From: Macrostomum lignano
Lineage: Eukaryota
NCBI GenBank assembly: GCA_002269645.1
Contig: NIVC01001680.1
Location: 186,001-250,000, forward strand
Direction: 5' to 3'
DNA length: 64,000 nucleotides
Part shown: piece after piece, positions 45,996 through 57,765 of the stretch
Position numbering within the stretch: position 1 is the first letter of the stretch
How the letters are laid out: each line of letters begins with the position of its first letter
The notes under the pieces: model-generated
What the model was told of the DNA's origin: nothing
The model's input: the letters and a program-made list of their open reading frames with translations, nothing else
Databases searched by the model: none
Made by a program: the position numbers and the translations under genes

Positions 45996-48900
45996 ATGGA
46001 ACAAAGATTGACCCCAGATCAGATTCGACAACTTCTTGCAAATGAGCGCCAACAGTTCAATCGATTACAAAGACAGATTGAACAAATTGAACAGCGCCAA
46101 AGACAACAACGCCGCCAAAGAGCAAGAGAAAGACAGAGAGAAAGGCAGAGAGAAAGAGAAATACAAGACCAACAAATAAATGCATTAGCAAATAATATAA
46201 GGGCAGAATATGAAATGAAGCGATTAATAGAAAAGGCTGAATATGAAAAAAGAATAGCAGAATTAGAAAAAAACCAAAAGAAACCCACACGTCGGAAACC
46301 TCGGAATAAATCGGATGAAAAACCATTAGATGAGTTTATTAGGGTTTATCGATTTGAACCAATGCAGAATGTCCTAGATTTTATTGAAACCCAGCTTTCA
46401 AACGGATATGCTGTTGAAATTACTAATGCGAGGGTACAATATTTTTATAATAAAACCGGAGATGATCGTGAAGAGATTAATCAATACTTAGCAACATTTT
46501 ATAATATAAGCCAATTTCAAGCTTGGTTTAAGCATTTGGTAGAAAATTACGACATGAATTTAAGTGTGTTTTCTGGAAGACTTAAAATGACACCAAACGA
46601 AATTACACTTAAACACGAAAGGTCAAAGCAGGGTATGGGAACAAATGTCATGTGTGAAATTGTAGAGTATAAAGATGAGTACTGTTACATACCTAGTGAT
46701 GGAAATTGTTTCTACAAGTGTGTTCAGTTTATTTATGGTGATAAAGCCCCATCCAAAGACGAATATGGTGCTTGGTTGTTCGACTCAAGAACCCAAAGAG
46801 GTTTAATGACAAATTCAAGAATTGGAAGATTCAACGAATATTTTAATCTTAATATAGGGCTGTACAACACCAAAAATCGTGGCATTGAACCAAAGTTTCA
46901 AAGAGGGATTCACCACGATTGGTTATTAATAAATTATTTCCACACACCCGATTACCACATTGGGCATTATTGTCTTATATCAAATAAACAACGAGGAATC
47001 GCCCTCGAACGGATAAAAGACAATTATAAAGTTGTATATAAAAACCCAACGCTCGAAAATGTTAAGGAGCTAAAAATGTTCAACACACCCACAAACCCCA
47101 ATAAATCAAACGTATATATATTTGATTTTGAAACATATTTAAATTATAATCAACAAGCATGTCCGTATGCGGTTGGTCTTTTAAACTATAACGACTTTTC
47201 TAATAAGTGTAATGAAACCCCAGAGACAATAAAGAAACTAACTAAGATCTTGATATCAGATCGCGGTTGTGATTTTCAAACAGATGGAGATAAGGTTGAT
47301 CGTACCGAAGGTTCGCGGCCTAAGACCGATTGTGTTAGAAAAATGTTTAAATACCTTGGTACAGTTAGGTCAAAAAAGATTGTTTTGATCGCGCATAACT
47401 CATCCCGCTTTGATTCATACATACCACTATTTTGTAATATAAAACCAATTAAAATTCTCAAAACCCCAAGAGGAATATTATCAATAACTTTTGTAAACGA
47501 TTACGCGTCAAAAGAGGTTAGTGCATTTATAAACAAAGATAAGAAGAAGAATCATAAGGATTCGAAACAAACCATTACGATGCTTTGTTCATATCAACAC
47601 GCATCAATGAGTTTAAAAAAGTTTTGCTCATCAATGACAATTAGAGAGGATTTGCGAAAGACCTCAATGGTTCACGACATTACCGAACACGACTATTTAG
47701 AGCGCATGGACGAATGGTATGAATATTTACAATTTGATCTTATTTCTTTATGCGCCTGTATTCATAAGTATAATGAAATAGCATATGAAATTGGAGGAAT
47801 GACAATGTTCGATACTCTTACCTGTTCAAGTTTAACATTAAAATGTTGGTTTAAAGATTTTGTTAGAGTTGAAGACAAAATGAAACAATATCTAAAGACA
47901 GAAGAAAAAACTAATTACATTAAAAAAGTTGAAGAAATAATATCTCCGTTGAAAATAGAGGATTATTTTGACTTAAGCAAACTTGAAAAAGCAAAATACC
48001 AAACACTATTAAGAAAAGAATTTTCAGTTCACTCTCATACCAATCCTTATATACGAAGGTTTATGCGGGACGCAGTCAAAGGAGGCAGGGTATTTGCACT
48101 AATAAATAAATATGAAAGCGACTGTTTTCAAACAATTGTAGACGTTGTAAAAGCCCATTTAAAAACACCAACAAGCGACCCATGCGAGGTTATATCAACT
48201 TATCTCAAAAGCGATATGGAAGAAAAAAAGAAAATCGCAATTAAATTAAAAAACAATTGGGTACCGTATCAGATTGTTTAATGAATTTTGATGGAGTTTC
48301 GTTGTACCCATCTGCCATGTCTGATAAGGATAGTGAATATCCAAGAGCAGAAACAGCAAGAGTTTTTGATATAAGCGAGGAAAAAGATTTCTTGGCACAA
48401 TTTAATTCACAAACCTTTCGACCAAAAACAGCGGTTTTAAAGATTATGTATGAGAATCCTAACACCGTTTTTCTTCAACATCTCCCATCGAAAGATAAAG
48501 AGAAATTTTATAATCCGGAAACAAAAGCAAACGAAACAAAAACATTAAATAGGTTTAGAAACGGAAAAGTAATTGACACCTTATGTTCCGTAGATATACA
48601 AGAAATTGTAAGAATGGGTGGAAAAATATTAAAGATATATAGTGGAATTGTATATGAAAAAAATTACGATTTCTCTCCGTTTCAGAATTATATTACAAAT
48701 CTTTTTGAAATGAGAAAAGTATTTAAAAAAGAAAATAACGAGGCAGGTTCTGAATTGGTAAAAACACTATTAAATTCATTATATGGCAAAACAGTTCAAA
48801 GAGACATTACTTTCACAACACATCTCTGGAATTTGCAAACATTAAAAACCGAATACGATGACACAATCAAATCATATGAGAAAATATGTGACGATTTATA

Positions 48901-49615
48901 TTATGTTGAAAAAAATAAAGACACGCAAGAATATGTAGATGAGGAAGAGGAAAGTCCTATAACAAGCCTTTGTCCAGCACAATTAGGAATATTTATCTTA
49001 GCTCATTCAAGAAGGATCATGAATAATTTTATTACCTCTATAGAGGGCTCAAAGACTCCAGAAATTTATTACGGCGATACAGATTCGTTATATATACATA
49101 AAAAACATTGGGACACATTAAATAAAAACGGGCATGTTGGAAATAACTTAAGTCAAGGAAAAAATGATTATGGAGAGGGTGGAATTATATTCGGTTATTT
49201 TATCGCTCCTAAAATTAAATATTGTCTTTTATTGAAAGACGATTTTATTATGGAAGAGAAAAAAACATTTAAAGGATGTGCAAACGATAAGATTAATTTT
49301 GCATCGTTTAAAACTTTATATGATGGACAGTCAATAAAAGTAAATAATAATGCTCCGTGGAAACGATCATTTGAAGGTGGTATAACAATTCCTCAAAGCG
49401 GATCAACAATATCAAAAACATATACCTCTACGATAAACACATTTAAAAGAGAAAAACCGGATAAAAACGGAGTTATGAAACCATTCTTTAAAAACTATTT
49501 TGATGACAAACCACAGCATGAACATTCAATTGAATATTATAACAGTTTACTATTTGACGTTGACTATAATTGTTTTGAGTTCGATATTGATGAATTAGCA
49601 CTTGAAAAAAACTAA
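45996..49615 (+). CDS. polB: Protein-primed DNA polymerase B (one frameshift at ~48250)
   Basis: FDFET (ExoI), AHNSSRFD (ExoII), YLQFD (ExoIII), KGGR, DGVSLYPSAM, KTLLNSLYGK, YGDTDS. Confidence 0.95.
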
Positions 49616-49861
49616 AGCATGTAATTGTTTAAGCATAATATCCATTTCGATTTCATATAATATTGAAGGCCAATTTTCCTCGCAGTCGTCAGGGTAACTT
49701 AAACAATCCTTTATTTTTTTCCTAAGTTTTTTTATTTTTCTAACCAATCTATCTATTTCAATTTCAATTACTATTTCAGCATAATTAATTGCAGATTTAA
49801 TAAAACGTTTTCTTTTATCCATTTTCATATCGGATGGGAAACATATCGTCCCCATACTCAT
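49595..49861 (-). CDS. Hypothetical protein
   Basis: 88-aa ORF packed against the polB end; no motif recognised. Confidence 0.45.
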   Translation of the reverse strand: MSMGTICFPSDMKMDKRKRFIKSAINYAEIVIEIEIDRLVRKIKKLRKKIKDCLSYPDDCEENWPSILYEIEMDIMLKQLHALVFFKC

Positions 49862-49953
49862 GATATTTCTGAGATATAATTATATTTATTTTTTTATTAA
49901 TATCATTAAGTTCACGCTCTTTAGTGATAAGGATTTTTATTGTCTCCATTTTC

Positions 49954-50301
49954 TTATAAAAAATTTAAACTTATTCGGGGGTCATCCTCCCAAACAGCCG
50001 CCAATTTTACAGTCCTATCACTCTTTTTATTATTTGTTTGTTTTAGTTTAAATTGCAATCCACCCTCGTTGCAGTATTTCATAACAAACGCTTTAGGTTT
50101 ATTAATAACTAAAACAGGAAAATTTTTAACATCATCTCCGCTTAGACATAAAATTTTTTGCCCATCTAATTGTAAAAATATTGATTGAAGCCCAATAAAT
50201 TTAACCTGTCTCAAACATATAATATTATATTCTTTATTCTCCAACATATTGGGTGTGAGATAATTAATCACATTAGAATCGGTTTTGAACCAGCTCTCCA
50301 T
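49954..50301 (-). CDS. Hypothetical protein (probable start MESWFK)
   Basis: Normal composition within the packed viral gene array. Confidence 0.5.
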   Translation of the reverse strand: MESWFKTDSNVINYLTPNMLENKEYNIICLRQVKFIGLQSIFLQLDGQKILCLSGDDVKNFPVLVINKPKAFVMKYCNEGGLQFKLKQTNNKKSDRTVKLAAVWEDDPRISLNFL

Positions 50302-50328
50302 TTTTAATCTAAAAAAATAACAAAAAAA

Positions 50329-50841
50329 ATGAAAGACATTTATGTTTGTAATAAATGTAATGTGACTATGCACAGAGGGCAAACAGCAAACGGAGATATA
50401 TATCATATGTGTTATTCATGTTCTAAAATATATCAATTTGAAAAAACAAAAAAGATTGAAAACTCATATTACTATTTTAAAAACACAATTTTAAGAAATC
50501 TTACAAGAGACATTTCTGATCCAATTTTAATTCCCGGAAATAATGTTTATTTATATAATAACTTTTTCCATTTAAATAAAGGAAAGGGATTAAGTTCGAA
50601 AGACTCCGAAAGGATTTTAATTTTAGTTGGATATTATTTCAATTTTCTTATTCGAGAGAATACAAAGTTTATAAGGATAGGTAACATACCTAACGAAATG
50701 TTACTGAAAAAGTCATTGGAATTTTTATGTATTGATAAAAAATTTAAACCTAGGATCAGAAGAGAGTTACCACTTTGGGAAGAATATATAACATATGCAT
50801 TAAATAAATTAAACAACATTAAGTTCTACCGCACTTCCTGA
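50329..50841 (+). CDS. Zn-ribbon-containing hypothetical protein
   Basis: CNKC..CYSC near the N-terminus. Confidence 0.55.
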   Translation: MKDIYVCNKCNVTMHRGQTANGDIYHMCYSCSKIYQFEKTKKIENSYYYFKNTILRNLTRDISDPILIPGNNVYLYNNFFHLNKGKGLSSKDSERILILVGYYFNFLIRENTKFIRIGNIPNEMLLKKSLEFLCIDKKFKPRIRRELPLWEEYITYALNKLNNIKFYRTS

Positions 50842-51465
50842 CCGTGGGCTTTGTGCCCCAGTAGCAATAGTTTCAGGTTCGTAAATACCTAATGTTTCTA
50901 TAGGTGGAGCTTTGGGTTTGTCCAAACGTAATTCTTTTAATTCCATATCGGTAAAAGTTTCAACATCTAAAATTCTATTTCTATCTTTTAAATATTTTTC
51001 ATATAATTCAACCGCGGTTGATAATTCATGAATCGTTATCTCTCCGTCATCCAATATTTTTTGCACATATAAATATAATTGATTTTTATATTGTTTTGCA
51101 ACATCTCTTAAAGATTTATATTTTTCCTTTCTTTTTTTAAGATATAATTTAATTGCTAAAAGTATTGATAAGTTCCTGATCAATTCAAAACCTGATATTG
51201 AGCCAATTGAAATACCTAAAAATAATTGAGATAAATTAAGAGTTGGAATAGATTGTAAAATACCTAAAACGATTACACATAACATTGATAAGCTTCCAAA
51301 TCCAATATTGAAAAAGTCCATATTTCTTATATGGTTTGAAACTCTTCTTACTTTTTTAGCATATAAATCATAATCATAGTTAATACGATCAACATTACTT
51401 AACATCTGACCTTTACGTTGGTTGAACCGGTCGCGTTCCCATTTATCTGCTTCAGATACCGACAT
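50809..51465 (-). CDS. Two-TM-helix protein of the type common in Polintons
   Basis: Two hydrophobic segments followed by KEKYKSLRDVA..QKILDDGEITIHEL (cf. SKALxDxxISxxEF pattern). Confidence 0.55.
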   Translation of the reverse strand: MSVSEADKWERDRFNQRKGQMLSNVDRINYDYDLYAKKVRRVSNHIRNMDFFNIGFGSLSMLCVIVLGILQSIPTLNLSQLFLGISIGSISGFELIRNLSILLAIKLYLKKRKEKYKSLRDVAKQYKNQLYLYVQKILDDGEITIHELSTAVELYEKYLKDRNRILDVETFTDMELKELRLDKPKAPPIETLGIYEPETIATGAQSPRSGSAVELNVV

Positions 51466-51794
51466 TCTCGTCTATTTTTAATAGCACCAAAATGAATTCC
51501 CCGCGCTCTTTGGGGATTTGTCCCGAGCTCAATAGGTATTGTATTGGAGTGATTCTTTCTTTTTTCTCCCATTTAAATCCTATTTTCCAAAACTCTTGAA
51601 GTATAATATGATTTTTTAATAACTTAATTAATTCTTGAAGCTTCTTATTATCCTGAACATTTACAGTACTAAATAAAAATTTGGTATGAGATTTGAATGT
51701 TTTTATATTTGATTCTTGTTTAGGAATAGGAATAATAACATTATTTTGCCGCATCGATGGAGTTCTACTAAAAGCCATTTTATATAGAAATATT

Positions 51795-53838
51795 TTATAT
51801 TTGAGTAGGAGGTTTTTCCAAATAAGCAGTAGAGGGAAAAACATAACCAAACGACGTACTACCACATACAACTGCACCACGAATAAAATGTGCAGCATCC
51901 GCTCCACCAGTTCGAGCACCAAAACCCATAAGGGTTCCAGATTTATCTAAAGTTCCCCAAGTTCCACTATCATATGTGAAAACGTTCTGTCCAATGAGGG
52001 TAAAAGAATCACCAGCAACATTGTATGACTGTAATCGGTACCAAACCCTTTGATTTAAAATATTAACTTCAAATAAATGCCAATTGCCGTTATCAATATT
52101 AGCATAGGCTACAGTTTGATCTGCGCCAGTATTAACATCCGCGCGGCTTGATCCGTCTGATTTTTTATTACTCCAAACAACTCCAAACCTATCAGTCCAC
52201 TCACTAGCAAACACTATCAATCCGGCGTCGGTTGATAATCCAGTTCCAAATTCCGATGTTGGACGTTGGTGACAGTATGCATAAAACCAAACCGCATCTG
52301 CACCATCTCCTGTAGCATTAGCAACTCGGAAAAAGAAAGACGCAGATATATTTTGAAAATGTGTGAAATTGAATTGTAAAGCACCACTTACTCCAGAGTT
52401 TCACGAGTAATTCTAGCGCCGTTTTGATAATCGATATAAGAAGCATCGCTAATTAAAGAACCGACTGGATATATATCTCCGGCGGTTGTTGGATTTTGAT
52501 ATCCAGACCAATTGCAAATTACTGGTTCGAACAAGGCCGCATCAATAGCAGGTATTCCATCCAATTTATTTTTATCGCTTCCAGACATTCTACCATTTGA
52601 TGTTGGAGTAGCTAGCTGATCTACGTACGCTCGCGGAACTGCAGAAAGTATTTGAGTTGGCCAATTAAGATCTTGAATTTCAACACGGTGTTCAAATAAT
52701 TGTATTTGACGAACCTCGATAGGTTGTGTACCGGTACCACCAGTTGGGAAGAATACGCTATAATATTTCCAAAAATTAGTCGTTAAATTAGATAGAGCAA
52801 ATGATGTTGCTTGAACTGGTGATCCCGACGTAGTTAATGTTGTCCATGAATCGGTAGCAACATTTTTTGCGCGAACCGACCACCCCGAGGGTATCTCAAT
52901 TGTTTCACTGCCTGTAATTCTTAATTCAAATATTCTTCTATTATAACCTAAAAATTCAAATTGAATTTCCATATTGGTTGTGGTTCCGGTATTTGGTGAC
53001 CATTGTGTCGCAAGGCTTCCATCTCCAACTCGAAAAGCTGTGTTGCCATTTTCAGATGCTGTAAGAACAACATCAGGATTTGAAGTATTTGATGTAAGCG
53101 GCGTGGTAAAAATATCGGCGTCGGTTGCATTAGCTCGCTCGTTTACTTGGCCTAGAGTTATCGAGTCTGCGTTCTCTGTTCCAAATAATAAATTTGTTAA
53201 TTTAAAATTATTCATATTAATATTTCCACTACGAGTGGCAACTTGATTATCGACATAGTTCTTATCAACCACTGAATCACTAGTTGTAATTGAAACATTT
53301 ATAATTCGGTTGTTGCTCATATCTAGGTTTCCGGTTGCGGTGGTTTGAACATAACGTGAATCAGAATCAGTTCGAGAATAAGAATCAGTTACATCTCTTT
53401 TTAAATTTAATCCATTATCAACTTCGGTTTTGGTATAAGAATCGGCTACGTTCCGTTTCAAATTTAATGAATTATCAACTTCGGTTTTGGTATAAGAATC
53501 GGCTGTATTGCGTTTTAAATTTAATGAATTATCAACTTCGGTTTTGGTATAGGAATCGGCTGTATTGCGTTTTAAATTTAATGAATTATCAACTTCGGTT
53601 TTGGTATAGGAATCGGCTACGTTCCGTTTCAGATTTAGTGAATCATCTATTTGAGTTTTGTATAGGAATCTGCAACATTTCTTTTTAAATTTAGTTTAGT
53701 ATCAACTTCACTTTTTTTATAACCTTCATCTTCATTAATATATCGATTATCTCCAAATGTAACACTTATTCCACCAGATGTGCCACCACCACCACTACTT
53801 GTTGTTCCGTTCCATGAGGGTGTTCCAGAAAATAACAT
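51795..53838 (-). CDS. Fibre/tail-fibre-like adhesin (two frameshifts, ~680 aa restored)
   Basis: 19-aa repeats DSYTKTEVDNSLNLKRNVA; GNLDMSNNRIINV..KNYVD stalk motifs; discoidin-like block; ATPTSNGRMSGSDKNKLDGI; C-terminal ConA/LamG-like block (DNGNWHLFEV). Confidence 0.7.
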
Positions 53839-53848
53839 TTTTTACTGT

Positions 53849-54310
53849 CTATTTTATAGAGTCTAAAATCGTGCCATCGGCACGCATGCTTTGCATGATA
53901 CTAAATCTTCGGGTTTCCTTCGAGTTATTAATTTTATATAAAAAATACAACGCCGCTTGCCCGCAATAACTTTTATCAAATGTTTGAAATTGTTCGTGAT
54001 GATCTCCACATAAACGATTTTTAGTATGATTAAATTTGTCTTTTATTTCCTGTAACGGAGGAAGCGCGTATGAATCAAAAAAATAAACAAGTTTTGGTTT
54101 TGAATAAACTGCTGACCAATGAACACCGTTTTCTTTTGTTGTTTCAATATTAACAATGAAAGATCCATATTGTGGTAAGTCTTTGATCTCATCTCGCATA
54201 ACACATCTGAATGGTTTTATTTTTAACTGCCTCGCCCAATTTGTTAATTCGATATTGCTTGTTGTGTCCGTTCCATATCTTTGTTTAAAATCATCCCACG
54301 TCATGGTCAT
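53849..54310 (-). CDS. Adenain-like (C5) cysteine maturation protease
   Basis: NGVHWSAV (His), FFDSY (Asp), QTFDKSYCG (Gln/Cys). Confidence 0.92.
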   Translation of the reverse strand: MTMTWDDFKQRYGTDTTSNIELTNWARQLKIKPFRCVMRDEIKDLPQYGSFIVNIETTKENGVHWSAVYSKPKLVYFFDSYALPPLQEIKDKFNHTKNRLCGDHHEQFQTFDKSYCGQAALYFLYKINNSKETRRFSIMQSMRADGTILDSIK

Positions 54311-54531
54311 TTTATGTTCCTGAAAAACTCTTGGTTTTAGTTAGTTTCGTAGGTGTGGGTTTTAACAATTCCTTTCTTATTTTATCAGCTTGTAACTGCC
54401 TTAATTTTGCTAGTTCTAGTTCGTAATTATCTTCAGCTTTTTTAACTTTTTCTGATTGTTTTTTTATTAAATTATTATTATTATCGTGCTTTGCACGCGA
54501 ACATGTTGTTCGATTACCCATTTTTACAGTA

Positions 54532-55317
54532 CTAAACCTGTTTTATACGTAAAATTATTGTTATTGACTGCCCACCAAAACTTATTAATCTATCGCTTTC
54601 ATCTACAATCCTAATATAAATTGATTGAACATTATATTGATTTAATGGGTAATATATTGGGGTTTGGGGTGCAACAATCATTTTCTCTCCAATTGGAACA
54701 GCAAGAAATGGGATTGAATAAATAATTCCACGTTGAACCAAAACTCCGTTATCGTCTGTTATATAACCACCGTTTGAAATGTCGGTTGTTATATTAATTG
54801 TATTTACTCCACCCTCTATATTTCCAACTGTATCACCGGTGCTTGATGTGGTAACTATTCGGGAATTAAATCCAAGTATGGTTCTGAGTGAATTTGCAAT
54901 TGTGAAATCAACCTGATATCCGGATCCTAGTGATAGTGTGAATCTGCCAGACGGTAAATCAACACCTATAACAATTGCTCCTGCTACCCAATCACCATTA
55001 GTTGTTAATTCTCCTTCTATATAAGCATTCAAATCAGTATAGCTATACGCTCCTGGGTTAACGCTAAATGTTGTCCAATTGGCTCCGGAATCTTTAGAAT
55101 ATCTAAATTGATTATTTGTTGCATTAATTAATTGAGGCATGTTGAAAACCGAAAATAGTATTAAACCTATTTGATAACTTAGGCTTTGATCAAGTTGTAA
55201 TGGATCGCGCAATTGAATCCGTTGCTCGCTGGTTGTCATTATAAACTGTAATGTTGTACTAAATTTTGAATTAGTTCGATCTACCAATTGTTTTATAGTA
55301 TTTAAATTTGTAGTCAT
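54532..55317 (-). CDS. Minor capsid protein (penton, single jelly roll)
   Basis: INATNNQFRY, PGAYSYTDLN, LRTILGF, PIYYPL..IRIVDESDRLISFGG..IILRI are typical of Polinton pentons. Confidence 0.85.
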   Translation of the reverse strand: MTTNLNTIKQLVDRTNSKFSTTLQFIMTTSEQRIQLRDPLQLDQSLSYQIGLILFSVFNMPQLINATNNQFRYSKDSGANWTTFSVNPGAYSYTDLNAYIEGELTTNGDWVAGAIVIGVDLPSGRFTLSLGSGYQVDFTIANSLRTILGFNSRIVTTSSTGDTVGNIEGGVNTINITTDISNGGYITDDNGVLVQRGIIYSIPFLAVPIGEKMIVAPQTPIYYPLNQYNVQSIYIRIVDESDRLISFGGQSITIILRIKQV

Positions 55318-55414
55318 TTTTATAGTGGGAAATTAATGGACGAAGTCCGCGTTCCGAAGGAACGATCGAACGAAGTTCGCGACCCTATGGGCGATCGTAC
55401 CGAAGGTACGCGTG

Positions 55415-56213
55415 CTATGCACGATCCTCTTCTTCCTCATTATCTTCTTTTATCAAATTTGTTAAAATTCTATGTTTCCTTTCTAACCTCGGATTGATAT
55501 AAATATGTTTGTATTGGCTATCATCCCAAATTTTTTTACACATACTTTTAAATGGTTTTGCATCCAATCCGGGATTAAATCTAGCGTGTATATTTTGTAA
55601 ATCATAGTTATCTAAATCAAACATTACACAACAACTTGCATTCTTTTTTATAATCGATTCTAATTCTCTAAAGGATTGAGTAAGATAAAAAGCTCCAATT
55701 CCATCTCCTCTACCACTAACAAAAATTTCCTTTTGCAATTCTTGATCACCGTCATTAATACAATCATCAAAAATAATTAGTGTTTTATCATGTTTTGGAA
55801 TTTGATCATAGGCTAATCGGGTTGATACTCTAACAGTTGGGGCTCGATCGGACGAAGTCCGCGACCCTTCGGGGCGATCGGTGATGTTTTCTGGCTGTTG
55901 TGCCATTGTTTTACATAAATCCTCAATGTCTGCTAGATTAAATCGCGGTTCGTCATCATCCTCATATTGCTCATATGCTCTTAACATTCTAAACAAGACA
56001 TCTTTTTTTAATTTGTTTTTTAATCCATGTTTAAGAAATTCATAATATTTTATTCTAGGTTTTAGTATAAATTATTAAATTATTATAGTCTAGCATTCCA
56101 TCGGTTGTTAACAGGTCATAAACAAAGTGTGTTTTTCCTTTACCTGATCCTCCGATTACTAAACAAAGAAAAGGATCATTTGGAAATATTTTATTGTGTT
56201 TTGCCTTTACCAT
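55415..56213 (-). CDS. A32/FtsK-like packaging ATPase (frameshift at ~56065)
   Basis: MVKAKHNKIFPNDPFLCLVIGGSGKGKT (Walker A), LIIFDDC (Walker B), GRGDGIGAFYLTQS. Confidence 0.9.
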
Positions 56214-57731
56214 TTTTAAAGAAATAATTTAAATAGGCGCGACGGTCGGAGACCTGCGACACTAAAGTGGCGTCCCGAACAATCGTGCCATCAGCTTTAG
56301 CAATTGACATATATTCCTCTAGAAACAATACGTGGGCGTCAAGTGCCTGATTACCGGTTTTATTAATCTCTAACATATAATTAAGTCCAATATTGGCTAC
56401 GTTTTCTTTCTGTGCCGTTAGATCATAAACAACCACTGGATGAATGTTTAGAAACTCTGTGGGTGTGTACTGAGGGACGGCATACGCTTCATTTTTAGGC
56501 ATAATCTTGATAATATTTTATAAAATCATTAACATTATTATTTGCTATATTTAAATTTAGGGGGTCTTTAACCGGATAATATTGATCATCAACCTGCAGG
56601 CGGATATTCTGAACATTAAACTCGTTAATAGCTGCAGCCGCATTGTCTGTTGCGGTGGCTGCTTGTTCTGCTATGGCACCGGATTGAAGCCAATATAAAT
56701 CCCCATTTGCTCTTTTACTCCTTCTATTTGTTATCTTAAACCAAACAAAAATATATCTCACCCGACGTTTTGATGTCAGTATTTGCCACTGGAATGAATC
56801 CTGGTTATTATTAATGGTTCGCATAAAATGTCGACGATTCAAATAAAATATTTCCTGATCATGCGTTAACTGATTATCGATGTGTTTTAAAAGTGGGGCT
56901 GTTACCTCAATAGTTGGTACGACTAATTGAATTGAATCTATACGAACTGCTATATCGGTTGAAATTGAGGTTCCATAAAGTATCCTAGGCTGATATCCAC
57001 CAGATATTTGCAACTGTATCCCAAATTTTAATCCTTTCCATACCCGATTTGGTGAGAAAAACCCAAATAGTGGAAAGATTGAAAAGTCCTGCTCATATGC
57101 TGTTGCTGTGGTTAAAACCGCGACTGGGAATTTATTCTGACGATCTATAAAACCAGTATTAATATCTTTTGTATTAGTCATAGTGGTTACAACTGGAACT
57201 ATGTTTGTATTAAGGTAAACAATTAGCGCTGCAGTATCTGCACCGGCTGCGTTTTGTACATTAGGGAAAACTACTGCTTGACCGTTACCTTTATCCGGCA
57301 TCCACCCAACATTATCACCAACTTGTTTTGATAAATAAGTATAATTTAAATGTTTCAAAACTCCATTAATCTCTGCGGGGTTTGATGATGTCTCAACCTC
57401 AGCACCATTAACAGTTAGTTGAGCTTGGGAAAAACATTTATAAAACCAATCATTTTCTATTATTATTCCGGATCGATCTGCGATATCTCCGGCTGCAAGA
57501 GCAGTTCCATCATTTCTAGTATACAACCATCTAACGCGGAAAAACATTTTTCATATCCAATATAGTGTTGGTTGCGCCGATGTCAAAAGTTACCGTTCCA
57601 GTAGTAAAGTTATTTGAATTATCACTTGTTGGTAGGGTATAATTTAAATCTCTTGCTCTGACCTCATTAATATACTGTCGGTGCTTTTTGAAATGAAATT
57701 TATCACTCCACATAGTTTTTGTTTCAGCCAT
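56191..57731 (-). CDS. Double-jelly-roll major capsid protein (two frameshifts)
   Basis: Three consecutive ORFs (57531-57731, 56495-57547, 56191-56502) total ~510 aa; FSQAQLTVNGAEVE, RVRYIFVWF, LQVDDQYYP, HPVVVYDLTAQKE. Confidence 0.85.
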
Positions 57732-57765
57732 TTTTTTAAGTTAAAAAAGTTTTTTATGTTAAAAA

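Noticed and set aside
48248-48310. Programmed -1 frameshift in polB (A_AAA_AAC plus a 7-bp TGGGTAC/GTACCCA stem)
   Set aside because: The heptamer is canonical and -1 gives the right fusion, but the spacer is short and many other genes here show single-base homopolymer deficits. An A7-to-A6 error is more parsimonious until reads are checked.
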